DNA of 63,608 bases, the filler included, from Tricharina praecox (lineage: Eukaryota), in assembly GCF_024521635.1 (NCBI RefSeq). It is 3 parts of 3 records of this genome, joined end to end, with 100 filler letters (N's around TTAATTAATTAA, not from the genome) between each part and the next. Parts side by side here need not be neighbours in the genome. Positions count along the whole stretch, not along the records: positions 28,889 to 56,524 come from NW_026250469.1; 2 more parts are not named here. One strand, written 5' to 3'. The translations under genes and the position numbers were made by a program. Under the pieces are notes generated by a model. It had not been told where the DNA came from, searched no databases, and worked only from the letters and a program-made list of their open reading frames with translations. Below, piece by piece: positions 38,530-50,018 of this stretch. How positions within the stretch are numbered: position 1 is the first letter of the stretch; each line of letters begins with the position of its first letter.

Positions 38530-39897
38530 GCCAATGTCTCGCGCAGAAGTTGGAACTGTCTCTCATGCAGCGTCTGGAACCAAACCACAACAAGGACTTC
38601 CATGGAACCATTGTCAAAGGCGCTGGCAAATATCACTCAATGTCATGATTCTGCAGCACCGAAAGCATTCCTCCACCGAAAATTTCGAGATTGCTCCACT
38701 GGATGAATGTGATGCTTACCTCCCCTATTCATGGATGGTAAAACATCAAGAGTCCGCGTTCTGCACCGACGAAGGCAGCAGCATTCGCTTGAACAGCACA
38801 AGGTGCAAGGAACCATGCACGCTGCACCAAGCAATGAGGTTGCCGGTTGAACTTCACACCTCTATTGTTCACCACTCCGAAGCTCGCATTATCGGCAGCG
38901 TCTCAACAGACGTAACTTCGGAAGACCCACTGGTCGTGTCACCTCAGCAATTGAGAAAATTTACTGGCTTCACGGGACAGGAAGCTGCAGAGAAATTGCC
39001 GGATCACAAGCCCTATGATCAAGCAATCAGTCTGAAACAAGAAGGTTTGCCACTGTGTGGCCTGATTCACACCCTCTCTGCGAAAAAACTTGAAGCCCTC
39101 AGGGAGTAGCGGAAATGAATGCTCAGAACCTGCAAGATCCGCCATTCAAAGTCTTGTGCAGGCGCACCCATCCTGTTTGTACCCAGGGCCGATGGGAGAG
39201 CGCTCTTTCTGTTCCTAGACTATCGCCGGAACAATAAGATAACGGTTGCTAACGGCTACCCAGTCCCCATCATGGCCGAGTTGCAATCCGGTGTACTAGG
39301 AGCCGAGAGTGTTCACAAAAATTGACTTGAACAATGGGTACCATTTGGTCCGCATCAAGGAAGGCAATGAATGAAAGACTGCGTTCCGATGTCGTTACGG
39401 TCTCTTTGAATTTTTTTTGATGCCCTTTGGGCTGACCAACGCACTAGCAACCTTCCAGGACATGATCAACAACATCTTCCGCGACATGGTGAACGTCGGC
39501 CTCGTTGCGTACAGTGATGACCTTCACATGTATGCTGCAACGCAAGAGGAGCATGGCCGCACTGTCACCGAGGTATTGCAGTGGCTAGACCAGCACAAGC
39601 TGGCAATGTGCGTGGATAAGAGCGTGTGGTCAACAAACTGTGTCGAATCCCATGGGTATGTGACATCGGGCAAGCAGAAAGAGTGAAAGTGGACACTGGA
39701 GATGGAGCTGGCGTCCGAGGAACTGAAGCTCAGGTTCACCACAGCACCCAGCCTAGCGTACTGAGACCCAGAACTACCAGTCACAGTCGAGACTGACGTT
39801 TCTGACTTAACGCTGGGATCGGTCATGCCGCAGAAAGGATCCGGCTCCAAACTCCATCCGATTGCATTGCACTCGGGGTAATTTGCCCTAGCGGAGA
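38530..39897 (+). mobile_element. Degenerate protease-RT-RNase H fragment; inverted counterpart of ~32400-33545 plus ~35075-35300
   Basis: Identical translations in the ORF track and the same internal deletion (GYVTSGKQKE junction). Confidence 0.9.
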
Positions 39898-42800
39898 TGT
39901 AAAGGCACGGACGGCAAGGCTCCAGGAAACGAAGACGGGCAGGCAGGGTACTGGTCAACTTGGTCCGGTGGAGGCAAGAGGGGCTCGGACGGCAGCGCAA
40001 CAAAGGCCTCAGTGCAGACAGCAGCTGAGAAACAAATGCAGAGGCAAAGACTACAGTGCAGACGGCAGCCGAGGCGGGGACAGATGTAACAATGATTGAA
40101 TCAACAAGCCGTTGCGAGAAGACCTGAGTACAGAGGGGCAACGGCCCGTTTATATACGAAATCCTCAACTTCTTTTCGCAACCTGACAATGACCGTGGGC
40201 GTTTGCCAGACCCTGAATAATATACCTTCCCAGTAACCGGCTCTGAAGACTCATATTCGGCGCAGCCGCGCTACCCCCGGGTTCCTTCACACAGCCCCAA
40301 TCCTCTGCGACTCCTTCCTGCGCTATCCCTGCTCCCTGCACACAGCCTGAATCCTTTGCGACTCATCTTTGGGCTACCCTTGCACTGCCTCCCAACGCTT
40401 CCGATCCTTGCACCTGCCGTTCCTTCGTCATTCCGTCGCGAGCCATGACAGTAGTATCTCCTGGGGCTCAACTCTCACGGGAGCCAGTTCGACTGTTCTA
40501 GGGTGCATGGGTATTGTGAATGGATGTCGTCCACAGGTTGTACCTCGGTAAGATTCTCTTCTGGTTCCCCAGTTAGTGTGGCGTAGACCTTCCCTTTCAT
40601 CAAGTACTGGAGTTTGCCCCGGAGGTTCCGGCTGTCGAGAACATCTTCAACCTCCCATGCTTTCTGATCGTCCGTAATTCCCGGAAGTGGTGGCGGTGGG
40701 AGTTGTCCGGGGGATCGATCGTCTGCGCAGGCGTGAAGGAGGGATACGGGATACGTTTGGTGCTTCTAATCGGTGTGTGCGATCTCGAATTTGCAGGCGT
40801 TGGTTACCATGGCCAGAACCACACAATAGAGGTCAGGATGTTCATTTTCCAGCTTCCTGCTGGGTCTCTTGGTGCGCCAGTTACGGCCATCCACCCATAG
40901 CATGTCGCCTGGTCGGAAGGCTGGCGCGGGAATTGGGTGTCGGTCTCAGTCGACGGTTGGCATGCCTGCGCATATCGCATTGAACTGCGGGCGGCCTGGC
41001 GGATTTGCTGCAACCGTTCCGCTGCATTCTGGGCCTGTTGTTCCTCCTTGGTGTTGACAAAGACATTGAGCTCAAAGACACACCCTGAGTGGTACCGTAG
41101 GTTTGCGGAGAGTGGGGACAGGGTAGCCGTGTCGGAAGCTTGTTTGTTGCCCACAAAATCAGCGAAGAAGTGGCAGTTGATACAGTCCTCCTGCAGGTAG
41201 CTGACGTACACACAGAGGTGTTGTTCCGTGACGGCGTTCAGTCGTTCGGTATGGCCATCAGTCTGGGGGTGGAAGGTAGTCAACACACGTGGCTTGATCT
41301 TGGGGCATGAGCATAGGTGTTTCCAGAATCTCGAGGCAAACTGGGGATTCCCTATCGGAGACGATGGTTTCTGGCAACCTGTCGTACCTGAAGATACAAT
41401 CACAGTCAGCTCTTTGAATCCCTTCGAGGTGATGGCCGTGGCAAAGGCAGGAGGTGCCGTTCCTTGGTCTGCCGGTCCACAAAAACACACATGGCGTCGA
41501 ACCCGGTGGAGGCCAGTAGGCCAGTGACAACGTCAACCGAAATGTGTAGCCATGGTTTCTCGGGTACTGGAAGGGGGCTCAGGGCACCTTAGGGTGCGTC
41601 TCGGATGGCTTGAGTTTACCGGCAGGTCTGGCGGTTTCAGACCAACTGGTGAACGTCCTTTCGCATCCGTGGCCAGTAGTGCCTCCAGGCAAGTAGTGAC
41701 AGAGTTTTTGCGCGCCCCAGCTGCCCCCTGGTAGGCGCACCGTGGCAATCCTGGATCAGTCGTAGTCAGAGTCATTCGTATTCTGAGACATAGAGGTAGT
41801 ACCGGTAGATCAGTCGCATGTTGACTTCGCGGCATCCAGCCAAGGACATCTCCCTCGAGTTGAGTGTACCATTTCGGAGTAGCTCGATGATTCCATTTGA
41901 GACGGGGTCTATGTGGTAACCTTCTGTTATCAGTCACGTAAGGAGGGGAGGGTCTTATTCGGGTATGTTAGTTGCCGCCAACCGGAGCTCTTCCGGTAGG
42001 TTATCTGGTTTCAGGACTGCGTACTGGTTGGTGCGCAGTCTTTCATCCCCTTTTTTAGGGAGATCTCTTGACCTGCTGCTCAATGCATCCAGTTTTCCTG
42101 CGGCTTTTGCTGGTCGGTAGACAATGTTGAAATGGAAACGGGAAAGGAACTCTAACCATCGCGCTTGTGGTCAGTTGAGTAGTTTTGTTGTCATGAAATA
42201 CTCCAGATCCTTGTGGTCGCTTAGGACTTGGATGGCGTGAGGTCCACCCTCTAGATGTGGTGTCCACTCCTCAAAGGGGGGATGGTTGCAACACGTTCTT
42301 TGTCGTAGATCTCCAAGTTGCATTCTGCTGGGGAGTGTTTGTTGCAACAAAATCCCACTGGGCGCAAAATTACCTCGTCGCCGTACTGGAATAGGAGTTC
42401 AGCGGAGACGTAGTCGGAGCTGTTGGTTTCCACTACTATCTCCCTGTCGTAGTGGAAGTGCCTGAGGATCGGGGCTGTGGTGAATGTTGTTTTCAGTTCG
42501 TCGAATGCCTTCTGCTGTTCCCGTTCCACACGCAGGGAACATACTTTCCATTCTCCTTCTTGGTCGACGCTGTCAAGGGGGATACCACCTTGGAATAGTC
42601 TTGGATGAACGGCCAGTAGAAGTTCGCAATCCCAGGAAGCATTGCACATCGGTGACGGTACTTGGTTCCTCCCAGTCCAGTATGGAGGAGACTTTTCGCG
42701 GGTACATCTTGATCCCGTTTGTTGCGCTGATCGGTCTCAATGACTTGACATCCGTCTGGTGGAAATCACATTTTTCATGTTTGGGATGTAGGCCGGATGC

Positions 42801-44181
42801 TGGGAACGCCTCAAGTACTTTGCTGACGTGTTTCCGGTGTTCATCGAAGTAGCCGCTGTAGATGAAGACGTCGTCGATGAATGCGGTGCAGAAGTAAATC
42901 CTTCCTTGAGTGGAATCTTATGGCCGTAGCGTTGGTACAGGGGCAAATTAGGGCAAGGGCTTTGGGGAACAGGGGTACGAACTCATAGTATTCATGAGGG
43001 ATATGTGCCGTGGGGTCCTTCTTTCCTTCTGGTGCGCTGTTGACCCCAGCAAGCGTGGTGTTAGAGATAGTCAGGTTTTGCTTGCTGACCAGCTCTTGGA
43101 ATGAATCCATCTGTAGGGCCAAGATTCTGACTGTGCTTTCCCTTGAAAGGTCAGTGCATTCTTGGTCATTCTTCGTTCAGGGAGACGTAATGAGGCAGAC
43201 CACGATGTTGCAGGCCCCCGCTGTTACCACTGCCTCCTTCTGGGCTGTTTTTGACGCAAGAGCGTAGGTAGATAGGCCGAGTGGGTTGTTGGTTATCCCA
43301 TGTGCAACCGTAGGCACCGCATTGCAGTTGGCTGTACAGTATTGGGAGCCACAGCTGAGGGTTCGGGAGGTGAACCGAGTGACCACATCTTGGAGGTTCA
43401 TTAAAATGATTCCGAGTGCAACGGGTAGTGGCCAAGTTTGGTGACAAACATTGAAAGTTCTTCGTGATGATAATGTATGGACAGGGTGTTGGTAGCGGCA
43501 TGTGTGATGTCGCCTGGCTCAATCACACGTCCGCCGGTACCTTGGAGGGTGCGCGGAATTTTCAAGGGTACGAGGGGTACGTGGTGAGGGAGGGCGCAGC
43601 CTTTGTCAACATATGCAGTTCCGGTTGCCCCACAGTCAATCGGCGCATGCATGGCGATGGTTTTGTCACCAAACGCAAGGTTCCACAATACAACAAGATA
43701 TTTTCCTTTCACTGATGATTCCTCCAGGACAATCCCTGACACTGAAAGACTACAGAAACGAATAATATGGGACATATGAGACAAATACTTATGCTCGATA
43801 CAGCCAACAACGGTTCCATCAAGCAGTTGTTGGTCTAGGCTCTTCCTGACTGCTGTAAGTTCTCGCCGCAATCCTGGTTGCAGTTGTGGTAGGGGTGGGC
43901 TGGGGTAATGCCGGTGGGCTAGGCTGACTCCACCTGGGCGACGGCTGCACGGAACTTACTTGGTTCTTGTTGGGGCAGTGGCTGGCCATGTGGCCACTAA
44001 ATCCACCGTATAGGCAGCGGCCTTCACGGAGCCGGACAGCACGCTGTGGGCCTGGGAGTGTGTGGCTGTTGACGCTCAACTCTATGGCTGCGGGGCCGTT
44101 GTGGTGGCAGTGGTCCTCGTGGGCATGGTATTCCAGGTAGTGTGCCTGAGCAGCGCCATGCGCGGTGGAGTGCTACTCTGT
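39898..44181 (-). mobile_element. Degenerate chromovirus, family C: 3' LTR 39898-40450 plus chromodomain, IN, RH, partial RT, PR and end of gag
   Basis: WEVEDVLDSR (chromodomain), FHPQTDGHTERLN, ETNSSDY...[34 protein letters not shown]; cut at 44181 by a family A LTR. Confidence 0.88.
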
Positions 44182-47100
44182 TGTGACACCCAGATAGGTA
44201 TTGCAGGTCATGACGGTTGCAAGAGATGTGATCAGATAGTCCGGGTGATGAGAAAAGAATCGCAAGCCAAAGAAATAGTTAGAAGCGATTGAGGTCAAGT
44301 TAGGAAGCAAAAAGCAAACGCATTGCAGATTCTAGACAGTGATTGAAGATGCGGGTGAGCGGAGTGGCAGTCCAGAGGGCTGTGAGATCACCGATCATAG
44401 GGCCTCATGGTAGGACCTCCTATCAAGGGAAAAACTGTTATGATCAGAGAATCTAACACCGGCGTATGGGGGCCGAGAACTTTGAGCGAAGAACTCTGCC
44501 GGCGCATCAAAAAGAAAATTGCTCGGGAAATCCGATCTATTTTGGGCACGTGATGTTTACCACTACCCCGGTCAAGATGACTATCGTAAGAGAGCTGACG
44601 GCGACTCAAGGCTAGGCCGCAGGCAACTAGGATGCAAAGAGGACAACGGAGCCGCATCAGCACTCACTCTAGAGTAATCACGTGCCGAGGTTCAGGGCCC
44701 CCATAACTGTCGAATTGTGCGGGCATCCGAACTGAACAAAATCATCGCAATGAACGACCATCGGAAAAAAACCCCCCTGAAGATTATTCTGTTGTGAATC
44801 ATTGCAATCCCTGACTTTTATTCTGAACTCGATAATACCATAGACTGCGGCGATCCGCACTGGTTCCAGTCTCACACTGCAATCTCAAGGTTACAGTCAC
44901 CGATTTTCATCGAAATGTCCTCCTCAAACCTCGATATGCTGCGCCTCATACTTCTTCAGACACTGAGCAATGCCCTCGTTAGCATTCCGTAAGCGTCCGA
45001 AACCGTCGAAGTACGGAATCCTGCAGCCTGGCTTAGGCTGATCAACCACCAATACCAAATGGCACAAAGAGACCTGCGCCAACTTTGCCAAGCATGCGAT
45101 CAGAAATTGGACGAAGAGGATTTCCGACTGAAGGAAATCAGAAGGAACAACGAACAACTCTGCAATGGGGTCAAGTATGTGTACAACCTCTACGCCCACA
45201 ATACCGGAATGAATACAGAATGGCGTCGAACCAAGCTGTCAACCGTAGCGAACGCACCGCACGCCTTGAGCAGCGACGTAGGGGCAGTCATTCGGGAACG
45301 TAACCCGAAGGACGAACACAACCGCAATCTGCAAAGCTTCGCAAACGCTCGTCTACACGACGCCATCGTGTTCCTCAAAACTGCCCAAGCGGAATAATGC
45401 AGGGAGCAAACGGTGTACAACCGCAATGTGGAAATTTTGGCTGGGAAACGACAAGAAAAGGCGGAATACCTCTACAAAGAGCAACAGCGAATTAAGAAAA
45501 AGATTTCTCAAGCGGAGAAAAAATTGAAGGCTGTAGAGGTAAAGACAGGGAAGGTGAAGGAAAAGGCCCCAGAATGAGTAACCACCACCTTAACAGGAGG
45601 ATCACGAGCAGAAAGATCTGCGACAAGGGAGACTCCTGCAGGTGCAGGAATGTCTCCTCCTCCTCCACCCACAAGACGTCCAGTGACTAACGTTGGAGGT
45701 GATGTGAGACTGGAACGAGTTTGCGTCGTCGGAGTCTATGGTGATATCGAGTGTAGAATAAAAGTCAGGGTTTTCGATAATTCACAACGGAATAATCTTA
45801 AGGGTGTTTCTTCGATGGTTTGTTCGGTGCGATGATTGTGTTTTGGTTCGGTTGCCCGCTCGGTTCGGCTTATAGTCGTCCCGATCCTCAGCACGTGAAT
45901 CCTCCAGAGAGCGGCCTAACGTAGCTACGTTGCTTTCTTTGCATCAGAGTTCCGCGGCCTAGCCTCGAGTCGTCGTCAGCTCTCTTCGGATAGTCTTCGC
46001 GACTAGGCAGGTGGTAAACACCACGCGCCCAAGATAGATCGGAGTTCCTGAGCAATTATCTTCCTCATGCGCCGGCAGAGTTCTTCGCACGAAGTTGTCT
46101 GCCCCCATCGGTCGATGTTCGATTCTCTCGTCATAACAGTTTTTCCCTGGATCAGAGTTCCTACTGCGGGGCCCTATGAACGGATATCTCAAAGTCCTCT
46201 GGACTGTGATCCCGATCACTCGCATCTCCGATCACTGTCTAGACTCTGGAATCCGTTTGCTCCCTCCTTCCTATCTTGTCCTTGATCGCTTCCAACTATC
46301 CTTTCGGCTCGCAACTCTATTCTAATCACCCGAACTATCTAATCTCATCTCTTGCGACCGTCGTGACCTCTGATACCTATCGGGGTGTCACAGGTGATCC
46401 CTCAGATGATGAACCATCAGATGATGACGGTTCCATCCCCTTGCCTGGTCGTTCGCCGCGCCGTCGCCGCAACACTACGCTACCAACAGGGGACAACGAA
46501 GACGAGGAGAGCGGCATCGCTCGAATCATCACTGCTGCCGTCCCAGCATCGAACCCGAGGGCCATCAAGCTTAAGATGAAATAGCCCAAGCCGTTCGATG
46601 GCAAGCAAAGGACAGCCTTCCGTCCATGGAGGGACTCAGTCGAAGATCATCTTGAGTTCCACCCACAGACGAACGAGCAGCAGGATATAGCATGGGTGAG
46701 ATCCCGACTGAAAGGAACAGCGGCAACATGGCACCTGGCCCGACGAAAAAGCTTGTGGCAGCTACACATGAAAGATACGTGGCAGGCGTCCCAGGAGGCA
46801 CTCAAGGAGGCGTATCACGACACGCAGGAAGGAGCATACGCTCTAAGGAGAATGTGGGCGCTCGAGTAGAAAGTGGACATTCAGCCTTATGTGACTTCAT
46901 TCCGGTCGCTCAACGTGGTTTCTCTGGTCATCGGCGACCAGCCACAAGACATAGTGAACCAGGCCATGACAGCTGACATCCTTGACATGTGCTTCAACCA
47001 TCACACCGAACCTTCTGAAAATGATGAAGACAAGCTGGAAACGGTGCTCAGGGCTGTGAACCATGAGAAACGCCGGGCGGCGCGGAAAAAGGCAAAGCAG

Positions 47101-49291
47101 ATAAGGAAAGCGGGATCCGGTGACCAGGGTTTCGGCGGCGACCGGAACAGACCTGGCAACGGCCAGCAGAGCCAAGGAAAGGGCAGAGACCCGGGGGCCG
47201 CAAGGAAAGCGGCGAGTCCAGGGAGGGCCAAAAGGCCAAAGAAGTAACAGGGGCCGAGACGGGAAAACTAGGAAGGGAAAATCTACGCAGGAGCAAAGGA
47301 AGCTCTGGTAGGGGTTCCCCACAAGGAGATCGATGCCCACAAAGCATCCAAGTGCAACTGTCGGCGTTGCGGACGAGATGGCCACCAAACCTTCCAATGC
47401 TACGCCCGGAAGACAGTCGCGGGTACCATACTCCCCGAGAGTCCAAAGGTGTCTTCCGTGATAAAGAGAAGGCGGAACGACCAAGACGCCGGACCCACCC
47501 AACCAAGGCTCAAGCAACAAAAGGCTGCGACGGTTGTGGTTGAGGATGAAGCGATGAGGGAGGCCCCTCCATTCTGGGAGAAGACTGAGAGTGAGCCGGA
47601 GGATGTTTGAGCGGCCCCCGCACTCCGGAGACGGGGCGGCCAAGTGTATATGTTTACGGAACGAAGAGACCACGGCCTCAGGATATCGACCGCCAATCCA
47701 GGAGTAGCGAAGACGGACGGACCAACTTGTTTCTACGGGTCCAACTGTGCCGAGTGCCACAACGTGCGAGCCCCCAAAACCGGTTAGCGGACCACAACCA
47801 ATTGTACAAATGATGCTCCTCTGGTCTCATCACAAGCGACGACGGATCCGAGTACTCCTCAACACAGGATGTGCCATTCCGATCATCAAACGAAGCCTTC
47901 CACGACAACTAGGGTTGCCACTCATTCAATGATCAAAGCTGGTGGAGATCAAGGACTTCCACGGAACCATTGTGGAAGGAGCCGGAGAATAATATACAAT
48001 GCCAATGCTTCTTCAACACCGGAGACACTACAAAAACAAAACCTTCGAAGTGGCTGCCTTTGACGACTGCGATGTCTACCTCCCGTATTGGTGAATGGCT
48101 AAGCACGAACCAACGGGGTTCTGGAACAATGAACCAAAGAAAATCAGCTTCACCAGTGCCCGGTGCACGGAACAATGTACCCTGCATCAAGTAACTAGCT
48201 TTCCCATGGAACTTGACACGTCTGTCTTTCATAATTCGGATGCTCGCATTACCGGATACGTCTCAGCCGGCGCGGAATCAGACTCACCCACCAATCTGCT
48301 TCCTGAAAAGTTCAGACGATACGCCAAGTTTGTGAGAAAGGAAGTAGCCGATAAGCTTCCTGATCACAAGTCTTATGACCAAGCAATCACTCTCAAAGAA
48401 GAAGAAACTCCTCCATGAAGTGCTATTCATGCACTGTCGGAGAAAGAACTTGATACCCTCAGGGATTGGCTCAAGGTTATGCTCCAGACAGGTAAGATAC
48501 GAAGATCCAGATCACCAGCCGGAGCACCAATATTATTTATACCAAAGGCGCACAGTAGGGGTCTCCGATTATGTGTCGACTATCGCGGTATCTACAAGAT
48601 TACCGTAGCCAATCGCTACCCATTCACAATCATGCCACAGTTGCAAGACTGAGTCAGGGGTGCGAAAGTGTAAACCAATATTGATCGGAAGAATGACTAT
48701 CACCTAGTCCGCATCAAGGATGTTGACAAGTGAATGACGGCTTTCCGCTGTCAATACGGACTGTTTGAGTTTTTGGTCATGCCGTTTGGGCTGACCAACG
48801 CTCCAGCAACGTTCCAGGAGATGATTAACGACATATTTCGGGATATGTTGGACCGTCGACTGGTCGCGTACATCGATGACTTACTCATCTACGCGAAGAC
48901 GCACGAAGCGCATGAAAAAATTGTCACCTAGGTACTAAAGAGGTTGGAAGAAAATGAGTTGGCAATTTCACCAGAGAAGTGTGTCTGGTCGACAGGGAGA
49001 GTCGAGTTCCTAGCATACGTGATATCCCAAGATGGAATTCAGATGGCTAATGACAAGGTGGAAGCTGTGCTCTCATGGGAGGCGCCGTGGTCCCTCAAGG
49101 AAGTGCAAGCCTTTCTTGTTTTCGCTGATTTCTACAGGCGCTTCATCAAGCATTTCCCAAAGATCACGAGCCCCATGACCGAAAGCACAAAAGAAAACGG
49201 GAATGATTGCAGATGGACAGGGAAGATAGAACTGGCCTTCGAGGAGCTGAAGTCTAGGTTCACCACGGGGCGGACTCCCGGGCACCTCAAC
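44182..49291 (+). mobile_element. Older degenerate family A element (5' LTR 44182-44876, gag, PR, RT), interrupted at the RT/RNase H junction
   Basis: Collinear with 49292-53704 but carries many stop codons; ends ...GGGCACCTCAAC, matching ...GGGCACTTCAAC (53693-53704) in the young copy. Confidence 0.93.
45703..46392 (-). mobile_element. Solo LTR, family A (690 bp), TSD GGTGA
   Basis: GGTGA at 45698-45702 and 46393-46397; interrupts the older gag at GG|D. Confidence 0.96.
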
Positions 49292-49982
49292 TGTGACACC
49301 CCGATAGGTATCGGAGGTCACAACGGTCGCAAGAGATGTGATTAGATAGTTCGGGTGATTAAAATAGAGTTGCGAGCCGAAAGGATAGTTAGAAGCGATC
49401 AAGGACAAGATAGGAAGGAGGGAGCAAACGGATTCCAGAGTCTAGACAGTGATCGGAGATGCGGGAGATCAGGATAACAGTCCAGAGGACTTTGAGATCT
49501 CCGATCATAGGGCCCCGCAGTAGGAACTCCGATCCAGGAAAAAACTGTTATGACGAGAGAATCGAACATCGACCGATGGGGGCAGACAACTTCGAGCGAA
49601 GAACTCTGCCGGCGCATGAGGGAGATAATTGCTCGGAAACTCCGATCTATCTTGGGCGCGTGGTGTTTACCACCTGCCTAGTCGAGAAGACTATCCGAAG
49701 AGAGCTGACGGCGACTCAAGGCTAGGCCGCGGAACTCCGATGCAAAGGAAGCAACGGAGCTACGTTAGGCCGCACTCTAGAGGAATCACGTGCTGAGGAT
49801 GGGGACGACTATAAGTCAAACCGAGCGGGCAACCGAACAAACTACAATCATCGCACCGAACAAACCATCGAACAAACACCCTTAAGATTATTCCGTTGTG
49901 AATTATCGAAATCCCTGACTTTTATTCTATCCTCGATATTACCATAGACTCCGACGACACAAACCCGTCCCAGTCTCACACT

Positions 49983-49994
49983 ATAATCTTAAGG
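49983..49994 (+). promoter_or_regulatory. Self-priming primer-binding site ATAATCTTAAGG
   Basis: Starts 3 nt after the LTR; exact reverse complement of CCTTAAGATTAT (49880-49891); no TGG start as expected for a tRNA PBS. Confidence 0.8.
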
Positions 49995-50018
49995 TTACAG
50001 TCACCGATTTCTATCGAT

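Noticed and set aside
49459..49725. 88-aa ORF inside LTR-A, also open at 56138 and at 45959 (minus)
   Set aside because: Interrupted by stops in the 30158 and 44182 copies; differences between open copies are largely non-synonymous; it lies upstream of the TATA box.
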